Positions 10,420-23,871 of a stretch of 64,000 nt of DNA are shown here, in pieces. Positions within the stretch are counted from its first letter, which is position 1. Every line of letters begins with the position of its first letter. A program made the position numbers and the translations under genes. The stretch is from Mobula hypostoma (lineage: Eukaryota). The notes under the pieces are model-generated. The model was not told where the DNA came from. It did not search any database and saw only the letters and a list, made by a program, of their open reading frames with translations. The DNA lies in contig NC_086097.1 of NCBI RefSeq assembly GCF_963921235.1, positions 201,564,001 to 201,628,000 on the forward strand, given 5' to 3'.

Positions 10420-13400
10420 TCTAACCAATCTTACAGAGTTTTTGTGAGGAGGTTACCAGGAAACTTGATGAAGGAGAATGTAAAGAGATCTTCAGGCAAA
10501 TCAGCACAAGTGCAGAGTAAACTCGAGACTTGAAGGGAGAAAGTCATGGCAAGGATTTATTTGAATAACATACGAGGAATAACAATGACTCAGAGCGTAC
10601 TTACTCAAGAGGGCTAGAGTATGCAGAATGTTAGTTCACCCAGAACCCAAATTCTGGAATCAGTGGTGAATTCTAGCTGTGACAAACTTAAACTGTGCAT
10701 ATAGTACGGGAACCCCAAAATCAAAACTCATTGAACTAAAAGTAGGATGCGCGAGGAACCCACATTCAGAAAACAAGAGGCACGAATAATACAAGGAAAA
10801 CTTGATGACTAAACCAGTCACGTAACAGGTTCTAGTTAAGACAAATCAATGATGTTCAGGTGCATTGGAGCACTGAGGCCTGACACTCTGTGGCACCCCA
10901 CGCTGGTCAAAGAGTTCATTACATGAGCACCCCCATGGCTGCCACCTGTTGACCCAGAACAATCTGGATATGATGGTATGTAGTTAACTGAGAATCCGAA
11001 ATGTTATGAGAGAGAACCCAACATCTCTCCTTTAGGCCGTAGCCCTCCCAGTGCACAACTTACTGTACTTCACATGAACAAAACGACAGTCTAGCTGTTG
11101 CTGAACTATGTATACTTGTTGACAATTGACAACATGAAGAGATGAGGGAGCTTGATGAAGGAAAATATAAAGAGGTCTTCAGGCACATGGACACAGGTGC
11201 AGAGTAAACTCAAGACTAGAAGGGACGAATTTAATGATGAGGATTTATCTGAATAACATTACAGGAATAATAAATACCCTCAGCAAATGTGAATATTCTG
11301 GAGGCGCCCTTGGAAATTTGGGCTAGTACCTCGGAAAGTTGGGCTGGCACCTCAGAATTTTTAGAATGACAGTTATTCTGGGAAAGTGTTGTCCAACCCT
11401 GAACAGTGCCAGAAGTCCAATTAATACACAGATTACTGAAAAGTAACCATGGGTAACCAAGGATTAGGGGATTATCTGGAGAGAGAATAAGGTTCATGCA
11501 TACCAAGCGTTAACTTGAGAGAAACAAAGATGAGAAACTTGTCCAGAACCCAACTGCCTCCCATCCAGGGCTATAGCAGTGAGTGGATGGTCGAGACGTA
11601 ATTTAGGAACCTGGATTCTCTTGGCCAGTCCAAGATCTAAAAAAAAAATTCCCCACCGAGTCAGAGCCTCCATTTTGTACCTACTCTATGCCACCAAGGT
11701 CCAGAACTCAACTGAACAGTCAGCAATGGATCAAGTCCCCTGACACAAATAGAAGGCTGCCTCTGCACCCCAGACAGCGTGAAATAATACACTCTTCATA
11801 GTTCTTAAAAATAGATTTATATAAAAACACATGGGGAGTCCCTCTCCCATTAAGCTGTAGCCCATGAAAGGGCCTTGCCTGAAAGGAGGGCTATTATGTA
11901 AGGCACTTTACTTCTGTCCGAGAGGAACTTAGCAGGTTGTAACTTGAATACTAGAGAACACTGATATAAGAAACCACAGCAAGACTTGGGGTCTCCATTG
12001 TACCACTCTGGGGCCGGCAAGTTAGTAGACCCTTCACAATAGTGCAGGGCAAATGTAGCAGGACAATCAGGTGAAAGCTCAGAACCGGAGTCCAATCGTG
12101 AAAAACGTAAATCTCACCAACCAGTTTCAGAGTCTTTCTGCAATGATGCTAGTATCTCCTGGAGTAAGTGTTTATGTCATCCAACAGACTCTCCTTGGCA
12201 GATCAATGCCTTGCGTAATTGATCCAATGATGCGAGTATTTCTTGGAGTAAATAGTCATGTTGTCCAACCGCCTCTCCTTGGAAAGTCAGTGCCATACAT
12301 AATTGATTAAACTCAGCTGGGTCCATGATGCCTCAGTACCTCTGTAACGAGATCTTCGGGTAAAACAAACCCAGGTGCAGAGTAAATTCGAAACTCAACA
12401 GTGGAAAGTGATGATGAGGATTTGTTGAAGAATATAACAGAGGAATAACAAGTGACTCAGACCGTACTTATTTTAGTGGGCTAGAGTACACAGAGCGTTA
12501 ATTCACTCAGAACCCAAATTCAAGACTCAGTGACGAATGCTGGTTCTGATGAAATTAAATAGTGCATACAGCACAGGAACCCCATCGGTATCAAAATCAA
12601 AACTTAGTAAGTTAAAAACAGGATGCATGAGGAACCTGCATTCAAAAAACAACCGACATGAAAAACACAAGGAAAACCTAATGATTAAATCAGTCCTTTA
12701 CAAGTTCCAGTTAAAAGAAATCAATGATGTTCAGGTGCATCGGAGCACCGAGGCCTGACGCTCTGTGATAGTCCATGCACTGGTCCAAAGAGTTCATGAC
12801 AGAAAGACAGGAAATGTTGTCTGCTTGGACTTTAGCAAGGCCTTTGACAAACTCCTGGATCGGGGATTGGTTGAAGAAGTTAAGTTGCTTGACCTTCAGG
12901 ATGAGGTAGTAATTTGGACTTAACATTGGTTTCGTAGGATAAGCCAGAGAGCAGTAATAGATGGTTACCTCCCTGACTGGAGGCCTGTGATTAGTAGTGT
13001 TAGTCATCATTGTTGTTAGTCATCTATATTGATGATCTGGATGATAAAGTGGTAAATAGGATCAGTAAATTTGTGGATAACACCAAGATTGGGGTGTACT
13101 GGACAGCAGAGAAGGCTATCAAAACTTACAGAAGCATCTGGACCTGCTGGAAAAATGGACTAAAATAGAGCTGGTGGAATTTAATGCAGACAAGTGCTGC
13201 ACTTTGGGAGAACATACTTATACAGTGAACAGCAGGACATTAAGAAGTATGACAGAACAATGGAATCTGGGAATACTAATCCATAAATCCTTGAATCTGG
13301 CGTCACAGGTAGTTAATAGAGCTTTTGGCACATTGGCTTTAATAAATCACAGTACGGAGTACAGGAGTTGGGATGTAATGTTGAAATTGTATAAGATGTT

Positions 13401-13670
13401 GTTAAGGTAAGCTTGGAGCATTGTATGCAATTCTGGTCACCTACTTACAGGAAAGATATCAATAAGATTGTAAGAGTACTGAGAAAATTTGTAATGATAT
13501 TGTGTGACTGAGGATCTGAGTCATAGGAAAAAGTTGAATGGGTTCGGACTTTATTCCCTGAAGCATAGGAGAATGAGGGGAGATTTATTTGAGGTATACT
13601 AAATTATGATGGATATAGGTAGTTAAATGCAACCAGGTTCTTTCCACTGAGGTTTGGTGACACTAGAACT
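10420..13670 (+). mobile_element. old CR1 LINE RT/3' region split by an LTR retrotransposon
   Basis: LTNLTEF.EEVTRKLDEG before 10479 resumes as LDFSKAFDK after 12801; MEFNADKC and YRSWDVMLKLYK remnants. Confidence 0.8.
10479..12801 (-). mobile_element. Ty3/Gypsy chromovirus (Tf1/sushi-like), two LTRs, most of pol deleted
   Basis: TG...CA LTRs at 10479-10923 and 12343-12801; gag start MDPAE and PEWYNGDPKSCCGFLYQCSLVF...IIALLSGKALSWA; chromodomain remnant VVHWEGYGLKERCW near 11020-11060; G-rich PPT next to 3' LTR. Confidence 0.85.
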
Positions 13671-16020
13671 GTGTGCAAGATAGTTTTTTGCAGCAATACA
13701 TAGAGGTACCAACTAGAGAAGGGGCAGTGTTGGATCTCCTGTTAGGGAATGAGATAGGGCAGGTGATGGAGGTATGCGTTGGAGAGCACTTCGGGTCCAG
13801 TGATCACAATACCATTAGTTTCAATATGATTATGGAGAAGGATAGGGCTGGACCCAGGGTTGAGATTTTTGATTGGAGAAAGGCTAACTTTGAGGAGATG
13901 CGAAAGGATTTAGGAGGAGTGGATGGGACAATTTGTTTTGTGGGAAGGATGTAATAGAGAAATGGAGGTCATTTAAAGGTGAAATTTTGAGGGTACAGGA
14001 TCTTTATGTTCCTGTTAGGTTGAAAGGAAAGGTTAAAAGTTTGAGAGAACCATGATTTTCAAGGGATATTGGAAACTTGGTTCAGAAAAAGAGAGGGATC
14101 TCCAATAAATATAGGCCGCTTGCAGTAAATGAGGTGCTCGTGGAATATAAAGAATGTAAAAAGAATCTTAAGAAAGAAATTAGAAAAGCTGAAAGAAGAT
14201 ACGAGGCTGCTTTGACAAGTAAGGTGAAAATAAATCCCAAGGGTTTCTACAGTTATATTAATAGCAAAAGGATAGTGAGGAATAAAATTGGTCCCTTAGA
14301 GAATCAGGGTGGACGGATATGTGCGGAGCCAAAACAGATGGGGGAGATTTTGAACAATTTCTTTTCTTCGGTATTCACTAAGGAGAAGGATATTGAATTG
14401 TGTAAGATAAGGGAACAAGAAGGGTAGTTCTGGAAAGTATGATGATTAAAGAAGAGGAAGTACTGGCACTTTTAAGGAATATAAAAGTGGTAAGTCTCCG
14501 GGTTCGGACACAATATTCCCTAGGACCTTGAGGGAAGTTAGTGTGAAAGTAGCAGGGGCTCTGACAGAAATATTTCAAATGGCATTAGGAAGTGGGATGG
14601 TGCCGGAGGATTGGCGTATTACTCATGATGTTCCATTGTTTAAAAAGGGTTCTAAGAGTAAACCTAGCAATTATCGGCCTGTGAGTTTGACGTCAGTGGT
14701 GGGTAAATTGATGGAAAGTACTCTTAGAGATGGTATATATAATTACCTGGATAGACAGGGTCTGATTAGGAGCAGTCAACATAGATTTGTGCGTGGAAGG
14801 TCATGTTCGACAAATCTTATTGAAACTTTTGAAGAGGTTACTAGGAAAGTTGATGAGGATAAAGCAGTGGATGTTGTCTATATGGACTTCAGTAAGGCCT
14901 TTGACAAGGTTCCACACAAAGGTTAGTTAGGAAGGTTCAATTGTCAGGTATTAATATTGAAGTAGTAAAACGGATTCAGGGACGCAGTGGCTGGATGGGA
15001 GACACCAGAGAGTAGTGATGGATGACTGTTTGTCAGATTGGAGGCTGGTGACTCGTGGTGTGCCTTGGGGATCTGTACTGGGTCCAATGTTATTTTTCAT
15101 ATACATTAATGATCTGGATGATGGGGTGGTAAATTCGTTAAGTATGCAGATGATACTAAGATAGGTGGTGTTGTGGATAATGAAGTAGGTTTTCAAAGCT
15201 TGCAGAGAGATTTAGGCCAGTTAGAAGAGTGGGCTGAAAGATGGCAGATGGAGTTTAATGCTGAAAAATGTGAGGTGCTACATTTTGGTAGGACTAATCA
15301 AAATAGGACATACATGGTAAGTGGTAGGGCATTGAAGAATGCAGTATAACTGAGGGATCTAGGAATAATGGTGCATAGTTCCCTGAAGGTGGAATCTCAT
15401 GTGGATAGTGTGGTGAAGAAAGCTTTTGGTATGCTGGCCTTTATAAATCAGAGCATTGAGTATAGGAGTTCGGGATGTAATGTTGAAATTGTACAAGGCA
15501 TTGGTAAGGCCAAATTTGGAGTATTGTGTACAGTTCTGGTCACTGAATTATAGGAAAGATGTCAACAAAATAGAGAGAGTACAAAGAAGATTTACTGGAA
15601 TGTTACCTGGGTTTCATCTCCTAAGTTACAGAGAAAGATTGAACAAGTTGGATCTTTATTCTTTGGAGCGTAGAAGGTTGAGGGGGGACTTGATAGAAAT
15701 ATTTAAAATTATGAGGGGGATAGATAGAGTTGACGTGGATAGGCTTTTTCCATTGAGAGTAGGGGAGAATCAAACAAGAGGACATGAGTTGAGGGTTAAA
15801 GGGCAAAAGTTTAGGGGTAACATGAGGCGGAACTTCTTTACTCAGAGAGTGGTAGCTGTGTGGAACGAGCTTCCAGCAGAAGTGTTTGAGGCAGGTTCGA
15901 TATTGTCATTTAAAGTTAAATTGGATAGGTATATGGACAGGAAAGGAATGGAGGGTTATGGGCTGAGTGCAGGTCAGTGGGACTAGGTGAGAGTAAGAGT
16001 TCGGCACGGACTAGAAGGGC
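13671..16020 (+). mobile_element. CR1 LINE ORF2 pseudogene, 5'-truncated
   Basis: Frameshifted ORFs 13673-13954, 14077-14427, 14528-14926 (NYRPVSLTSVVGKLME, YMDFSKAFDKV), 15456-15986. Confidence 0.95.
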
Positions 16021-17370
16021 ACAGTTGGGCTTAGGGACCATGTGTAGTGGTGAAGCCCAAGGACTATTTGACCTGCATACAATGCCAAGCATTTCCATGT
16101 TAGCAATCTCAGACTTCATGCTGGCCAGCTTTTCTGAGTGCAGCTTAAACGCTCACATGAATGTACGAGTTATGAAAATGTAGTGCTTGATCACGTGCTT
16201 TGTGACTGTAGTGGAAAATATGGGCTTGGTAAAGTTTGGGAATTTGCCCAGCAGGCGAGTGAATTCACATAGGGTGATTCATACCTTAGACAAGAGCAGT
16301 CATGGGGAACTTATTGGGGTTACAGAGTAATGACCTGAAGTCCTTTACGTCGGCAATTCTTAAGATCTATGAACAGTCCTTTGGCACACAGGAAATCTGC
16401 GCCAAATGGAGGTCTAGCAACTTTAGCCAGGACAAAGTACCATGTGTAGCGTTGTCCACTGAAGCAGAGTGTCACACATCGTGTCCCATAAATCCAGATC
16501 CTGCTGCATTTGGCAGCCTCCAGCAAGGGTCCATCGCTTTCAAACTTATGATCAATGGGTGATGCTGGCAGCATACTCACTTAAGTGCCCATGTCACGCA
16601 GGAAGTGTTGCTCTGAAAGGGTGTCCATAATGAACAATCGATGACCCTGGCGGTTGGAACCCATGGTGTTTACAGATACCCGTTGTCCCGATGTGCTGGC
16701 ACTGTTGAAGCTGTATGGTGGTCACCACTGCTTGGCATTCGTGCCAAAGCATGCATGGTAAAAAGATAGACCCGTGTTGTCTGGTTCAGAGCTGCAGGCA
16801 TAAGTGCTGGAGGTTCTGCTGACAGGGCTTATTGAGACAGGGAAAGGAGGAAGAACAAAACACCTCTGCCTGGCTGAGTGTAGAATATTGCCATTTTAAC
16901 AAGCTCCCTGTAATCCTCATGGGTGAATTGGCAAGGGCTGTACAAAATTCACCAAGCATTTGTTGCATAAAGAGTTCTTTAAAAATAAAACAAGGATGGT
17001 GATTACCAAGGAGTGACGGCATGTGATCCATTTGTTCTGAAGGCCAAGTACTACCCAGGCCTGGCAAAGAGAGCAACTGTCTGGTGTGCTCAGACTCAAG
17101 ACAGTCCAGAAGTCTGTAATAGGGGAGGTTTCAGAATGACATAAATCACGTGCACGTGGGTCTTCTAGTAGACTCGCCACTCTGGCTGCAGAGGAACTAC
17201 AGTGTCGTAAAATTTTATATTGTCCACAGTGATTTCTCGCAGCACAAACTGCACCTCCACCTGTGCAAACCACGCAGTAGTGTGTTGCTCCCAAAACTCC
17301 AGCAGCTCCAAAGTGACTGTGTTGATCAATGTGTTGTTGAGTAACTCTGGAATCTTCTCAGAGTATCAGG
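16021..17370 (-). mobile_element. Gypsy gag-protease-RT remnant
   Basis: LGIVCRSNSPWASPLHMVPK (RT N-terminus), YTWYFVLAKVARPPFGADFL (protease), decayed gag upstream. Confidence 0.85.
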
Positions 17371-17574
17371 GTCACCAATGTAGGAATTTGTGAAGAAAAC
17401 ATGTGAGTCATTTTACGTGCTTAACCAAAGCCACAGCCCTTTACTTCCTTTCCGAACAAGGCAAAAGCAGTCGCCTTACACTGACGGCATTACTTTAGAC
17501 ACCATCTCTTAAAGTGAGCACAGTGGTGGTGTTTGTGAATTATGTAGAACAGTTTCTGTTATGAGCAATGTGTG

Positions 17575-17705
17575 TTGAGACCTTCCATCAGGACAGAGTT
17601 AATCATCGGGTCCTGATGAAGGGTCTCAGCCCAAAGTGTCGACAGTTTACTCTTTCCCATAGCTGCTGCCTGGCCTGTCAAGTTCCTCCAGCATTTTGAG
17701 TGTGT
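17575..17705 (+). mobile_element. Penelope-derived hairpin remnant with degenerate hammerhead
   Basis: GGTC-CTGATGA-AGGGTCTCAGCCC-AAAG-TGTC-GACAG followed by GCTGCCTGGCCTG...TTCCTCCAGCA. Confidence 0.7.
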
Positions 17706-17711
17706 GGCCTA

Positions 17712-18085
17712 ACTCGAGTTTTATAAAGCTGCAACATAACTTCCTGACTTTAGAACTCATATGGAAAGCATGCCATATGCCTTCTTAACCACCCTATCAA
17801 CCTACATAGCCACTTCCAGTGAGTTATAAACTTGGACCCCAAGATTCCTCTGCTCTTCAACACCATAAGTGTCTTGCCCATAACAGTGTACTGTCTCTTT
17901 ACATTTGACTTACCAGACTGCAACACTTCGCATTCGGCCAGGTTATACTCCATCTGCTATTTCTCCATCCATATCTGCAATTTATCTATATCCCACTGTA
18001 TTCTTTGCCAGCCTTTTAAGCTATCCACAACATCATCAATCTTTGTAACATCTGAAAATTTACTAACCCACCCATCTACTTTTTC
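17712..18085 (-). mobile_element. CR1 LINE RT fragment
   Basis: MEYNLAECEVLQSGKSN remnant (ORF 17750-17953). Confidence 0.75.
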
Positions 18086-18687
18086 AGCATTTTTCCCAAA
18101 AGCTGGAAGGAATACAATGTTTTACTTCATGAATTTTAAACTAAGTCTGAAATATATTGCCAACAGGTATGGTTGCTGCATTTGTCCCTGAAAAAAATTG
18201 CAAATTATGTACTAGGATTACTGTTGTAATTAATTTTTTCATGCATTAAGCAATAATTTGTGTCACTGAATGTAAACTCCTCCAGCAATTGTCAATAGAA
18301 TACTAGATATTAAATCAGAAGTCTGCATTTAATCCCTCAAACTTTGTTATCCTCCTGGGAAGGAGAGTTTATTAGTTTAATGTGAAATCAGTAGATGAAG
18401 CTCAGCATGGTAGTAGAATGTCTCAAAATCAGCATGAGCAAACAAAGACAAAATGTGTAAAATAATTTAACCTGCATAAAAATTGCATCCCTTGTGTATG
18501 GAACCCCCTCACTAGGCACATGTAGAAACTTGGCTTGGTAGCTAGCTCTGCTGACGACCACATGACTCAGCGGTGAGAAGGCCACCTTTCGTAAACAATG
18601 TACTTCTCAGGTCGGTATGATTTGGGGTTCAACCCAACAGGAAAGTTCAGATGTTCCAGGGAGGAAAATTGATTGCAGTGAATGCTG

Positions 18688-19376
18688 TGTAAACACTGCT
18701 GCATATGCAATTAATGGTCGCCAAGAAATGACATATCGTACATCAGCATAAAATTATAAAGAAAGTATATTTACCAATTTTCAACGTGATCAAATAATTT
18801 ACAGAAAAAGAAAAGAAAAATAAAAGGGTCCATTACAATTAAACCATTCAAAAGTACACATAACCATTGGAGCTCATTTCTGGTGCAGTTGGGTGTATCG
18901 CATTACTCATGCGCAGAACTCACGTTCCACGTGAAAGACACCAGCCACAGTTCGAACCTCCCTCAAAGACCATTTCAAACAAAGTAGCTAACTCAGGAGT
19001 ATAGGAACCATTCCTCTGCACGAAGCTCTTCTTACAACAGGGTCTCTCCTTCAAACGGCATTCGGCGAGCATCTTCCCTTCTGCCTCACTCCACTGCTCC
19101 CACTAAAAGACCACAAACCGGACTACTGTCTTTCAGAAATCTCTTCCTGCCTGGCTGTTGAGAGTCTTTCATCGCATCCCACTAGGCAGAAAGTTACAGT
19201 ATGTACCAAGGCAATCATGGCTGGCTGACACAACATTCCTAATTTGGACAACATGGCTCCTTATTTTCAGCTGAAGCCAAAACACTCTTACTAGCAGGAC
19301 ACACTACTTATACAGAAAACTGCTAAAATAAAATACCTCACAGCATAGCAGTAGAAATTTTGACCAGGGTATTACA
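18688..19376. mobile_element. putative solo LTR
   Basis: TGTAA...TTACA termini around about 690 nt of non-coding sequence; no clear TSD. Confidence 0.35.
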
Positions 19377-19914
19377 TGTAATTATGGACAAGTGTTTTCT
19401 TGGAGAAGGCTACACTAAAGTATCTTGCTTTCTGATCACAGGAAAATAAGTATGGAGCATGATGACAGAAAGGAGTGAAAGTATTGAGGGAAGTATAGAG
19501 AAGCCACTTGCATTAGGGCTCATACCTTGCAAGCAATGAATCTGTCAATACTGTGCTTTTTCAAAGTCTCGAACTCTAGCTTGTTGTGTCAAGCGGCCTT
19601 CTCCAACTTTGTTCTAGATACATACTGTTTATGAGCAGAAGTTTTTTTTTAACTTCCTGCATTTGAAAATGGGTTCAGTCATCATATCACTTTCTTGTTT
19701 TCTTTATGAATCTCTTTGGCTTTTCTGTCAAATGCCAAAAAACTTGTGAACATGATTTGCTCTCATTTTCTTTCTGAATTCTGTTTTTTTAATCATTTGA
19801 AATAGCAGAAATAAAATTGCAATTATAATTAATGTAGAAAATGACAGATGCCTGATATGGCAATTAAATAAACCTGCAAACTATTCTGTAAATAGAATCA
19901 ATCACTTAACTTTT

Positions 19915-22900
19915 ATTTCAAGATTCAAGATTGTTTAATGTCATTTCCAGTACACAGCTGTAAAGGAGAAAAAAATAATTGTTTATTCCGAATACAATGC
20001 AGCACAAAAAACATAATAAGATAAAGAACACAATAATAATAAAAGCACAATAAATATAAATACATGCAATAACTTATACACATAGATTGTATGTCCATAA
20101 AATGATGTGAGGCACACGAGTGTCTATACCAGGGTTTGTCAACTGGGGTTCCATGAGAGGTCACTAGGGGCTCTGCGAGAGATCATTATTAAAATAAATA
20201 TTGTTTTTTGAACTTTGTGCAATGCGCAGTGCTAGCACTGGCAGTGGTTATCAGTGACCAAGCAGCCCTGTTAGTAGATTTAACCCAGTATGACAGCGTG
20301 CAGTATGACCGTGTTTATTTGCTTGAGTCCATTCCCAGTTTTTGACGCGAGGTAGGGGAGGATGATGGTAATTGGTGAGTGCTGTAGTGCACAGAGGAGA
20401 GGCTGGTAGGCTGTTGAGGAGCATGAAATGCTTTTCCGAGCATTAAATGGATTTGCCCATCTTGGGTCATGACGTCAGCTTCTTGCTTCCGAATTACCTC
20501 CCGCAGCTTCCCCGTATGCACTGCCGACTGACCAATGGGAGCAAACAAGCTACCAGTGTAGCAGAAAATTGGAGGGAAATTTTCATTCTCAGGGTGGTCC
20601 AGTGTGGCAATATTTGAAGAGGACATGTGAGATGGAAGAGGAGGATTCTAGGCCAAGGCCTACATTAAATTCTGATAAGGTTAATGATGAAGACTTATGA
20701 TCTTTTGAGTCATTTCACTGCACTAGTGTAATAAATAAAGTCCATCTTTACAATGAAAGCTACTTATCAATGGGTTTTACATGGACCATTAATCCAAGTT
20801 GTCCTATTCCATTGTGCCTAGTCTGTGGCAAAGAAATTACAAATATAGTAATGGCTCCAGCAATATTGAACAGACACTGAACTACAAATCACAACCATAT
20901 GACATGTAAAAGTGCTGATTGTTTCAAACGACTAGTGGAATCTCAAAACCAACGGATTAAAGCTTTTTAAAATAAAGTCACAGTCAGTAAAAGGCCACAT
21001 GAAGCAAGTCATTTAGTAGCTTTTAGACTGGTTTACCTGAGGATGTTTAAAAAAAACTATGTGAAAATCCGGATAAAGAGCACACTAATCTCCTGCTATC
21101 CAGTGCCTTAGTAGAGGAAGAGTTCTCAACAGGGTTTTTGAGATGAAAGATGAATTGCTGCAGTACTTTCAAGAAAATAGTAGGCCAGATTTTGCTGAGT
21201 GCTTTGAAGATGAAGAATGGCAAAGACTAAACTACTTAACAGACATTTTTCATCATATGAACCAGTTGAACAAGTCTCTGCAAGGCGCTGGAAAAAATGT
21301 TTTGACTTCAAGTGACAAGATTTCTGGATATAAAAAGAAACTGAATCTTTGGGAAAACCTTGTTGCAAAACAAAAACTTGAAATGTTTGAAAGTCTTAAG
21401 TCTTATTGAAAACCACCTGGAAGAACTGTAGAACAAAATTGAACATTATTTTTCCTCCCTTTCAACACAAGTATATGACTGGGTGAGGGACCCTTTCTCT
21501 GAATCTTCTGCTAAGCCTGAGAACTTGACTTTGAGAGAAGAGGAAGAACTTTGTGAGCTGCAGTCTGATTATGCACTCACGATTAGATATACTGACCTGC
21601 CCTTGGACGTTCTGGATTTCTGTGAAAGAAGGATATCCTGCCATTCATTAAAAAAAAATAACATTTTGCTGCAGTTTCCAACTTCTTACATGTGTGAGCA
21701 AGCTTTTTCTTGTTTAACAATCATCAAAGGCAAGGATAGAAATAGTCTCACTTCATTTGAAGGTGAAATCCATGTTTGCTTAAAGTTTGACCCAGAACTG
21801 AGAAATTTATTATGTTTGCCTTATGAGTTTTTAACATTTATGAAAGGGAAAGAAAGAGATTAATTTCAAGAAAGGTAAGCTAAGCTTAACTACCTTTTTT
21901 TCATGCAAGTGGCTAAAAATTTATTCTCTACTCAAAAGAGCATTCTCAATTATTTTTGGATTATTATATCTGCAACTTACTGACCATGCTAACATACCGC
22001 GAGCTGTAGATATAATAATTTTTATGCAGGGGTTCCCTGAGACCTGAAAATTATTTCAAGGGTTCCTCCAGGACAAAAGGACTCAGAAAGGCTGATCTAT
22101 ACATAGAATGACGGACAGAAAATGATGAAATAGTGGTGGTTGTGAAAGGGTGGAGATGCTAATCAGTTTTACTGCTTGGGAAAAATAACTGTTTTGAGTC
22201 CGTTGGTCCTGGTATGGATGCTACGTAGCCTCCTCTCTGATGGGAGTGGAACAAACAGTCCATGAGCAGAGTGGGTAGGATACTTCCAGATGTTAATGGC
22301 CCTTTTCTGACACCTTTCTATATATATAGTTTGTCTTTGCTGGCAGGTAGGCTGATGATGCTTTGGGAGGACTTGACTACCCATTATAGAGCCTTCCTGT
22401 ACATCGCTTTGCAGTTTCTGTACCATGCAGTGATGCAGCTTGTTAGAATGCTGTCTAGTGCACATCTGTAGAATGATGTGAGTATAGCTTTTTCAGAATG
22501 TAGAGGCATGGGTGAGCTTTCCTCACTATGTATAATGTGTTCAGGGGCCATGAGAGGTTGTGCAAGATGTGTTCTCCCAGAATGTTCAAACTACTTGCAG
22601 TTTCCACAGCTGTGCTGCTGATGTAAAAAGGGATGTGAGTGGTACAAGTTCTCCTGAAGGCAATAACCATCTCCTTTACCTTGTTGACATGGAGGAAGAG
22701 GTTATTTGCCTGGGACCAGGCCTCTGAGCTTTTCCACCTTCTTTCTGTAGGCTCTCTCATCACCATTGGTGATGAACCCCCACCATTGTTGTGTCATCGG
22801 CAAACTTGACAATGTGATTACTCAGGTGTTTGGCCGTGCCATCATACGTAAGCAGAGTGTATATTAGTGGGCTCAGCACACAGCCCTAGGGGAGCAGCTG

Positions 22901-23440
22901 TGATGAAGATTTTGAGGAGGGGGAAGTGGCTGTGCATCCTGTCTGTCTGAGGTCCAGCTGGGAAATCCAACACCCGTTTGCACAGTGGTGTATTTAGACC
23001 GAGGAGTAGGTATTTGGGGCAATAGTGTTGAATGCCAAACTGAAACCCACAAACAGTATTCTGACATAAGTGTCCTTGTTGTTTAGGGATGTCAGGGCCA
23101 GGTGCATGTTAGATGATATGGCATCTGTCATAGAGCAGTTTTGTGTATCATTACCAGCCATTCAAAGCACTTCATGATGATTGGCATCAATGCCAGTCAT
23201 TTATGTCTGGAGATGTAGAGTTCTTTGGTACAGTACAGGGATGATGATGGCTGATTTGAAATATGTGGAGACAGCAGCCTGGGTGAGTGAAGTGCTGAAA
23301 ATACCCTTGAAGATGTCAGTGAGCTGGTGCGCACACACCCTTAGAATTCAGTCTGGGTTGTTGTCTGGCCTGGCTGCCTTATGGGATTGACTGACTGCAG
23401 AGTCCTCGTCGCATTTGCTGCTCTTACAGGCAGTGGCTGA
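19915..23440 (-). mobile_element. Rex1/Babar-type LINE split by a hAT insertion
   Basis: WSQANNLFLHVNKVKEMVIAFRR, HSAHGLFVPLPSERRLRSIHTRT; tail AATGACATTAAACAATCTTGAATCTTGAA. Confidence 0.8.
20130..22094 (+). mobile_element. hAT (Charlie/Buster-like) DNA transposon, decayed
   Basis: CAG...CTG termini, 8-bp TSD GTCTATAC/ATCTATAC (20122-20129, 22095-22102); LNYLTDIFHHMNQLNKSLQG and FPTSYMCEQAFS (hATC dimerisation motif). Confidence 0.9.
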
Positions 23441-23871
23441 GCTTTTAACATAGAAAAATCCCATAAGATTTAGAGTAAATTAACTATGCTGCATAAGGGA
23501 ATATTAAAATAAATGGAGATAAGTTTATTAATCTAAACTCTGAAGAAAGAAATTCCGGAGTTTAGGGTCTGGATAGCTGAAGGGGAATGGTAAAAAGATT
23601 AACATTGAGAATTTGGGCAGTGATAAATTAAATAGCTTGCCTTATTTTGCATCCATAATCTGAAAATGCACATACTGGTTCTATCCTCCCTTCTATCGGG
23701 ACTAAAATTGGCTATCTTAATAAACTGAGAACCTTCTTAGTGAGTTTGCATTATAAATTAGTCAGAAACTCAGACCAGCATTCTGTCAGCAACACACTGC
23801 CACATACAAGTCCAAGAACTGTAACAGAGATTTCACACAATGATAAGGAGGAGAAGATATTACAGGGATAG

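Noticed and set aside
11850..12095. PEG10/RTL-like domesticated gag
   Set aside because: Short, disrupted and still flanked by two LTRs
21143..21863. Domesticated Buster/ZBED/FAM200-like gene
   Set aside because: Multiple stops and frameshifts, with TIR ends and TSD retained: a dead transposon
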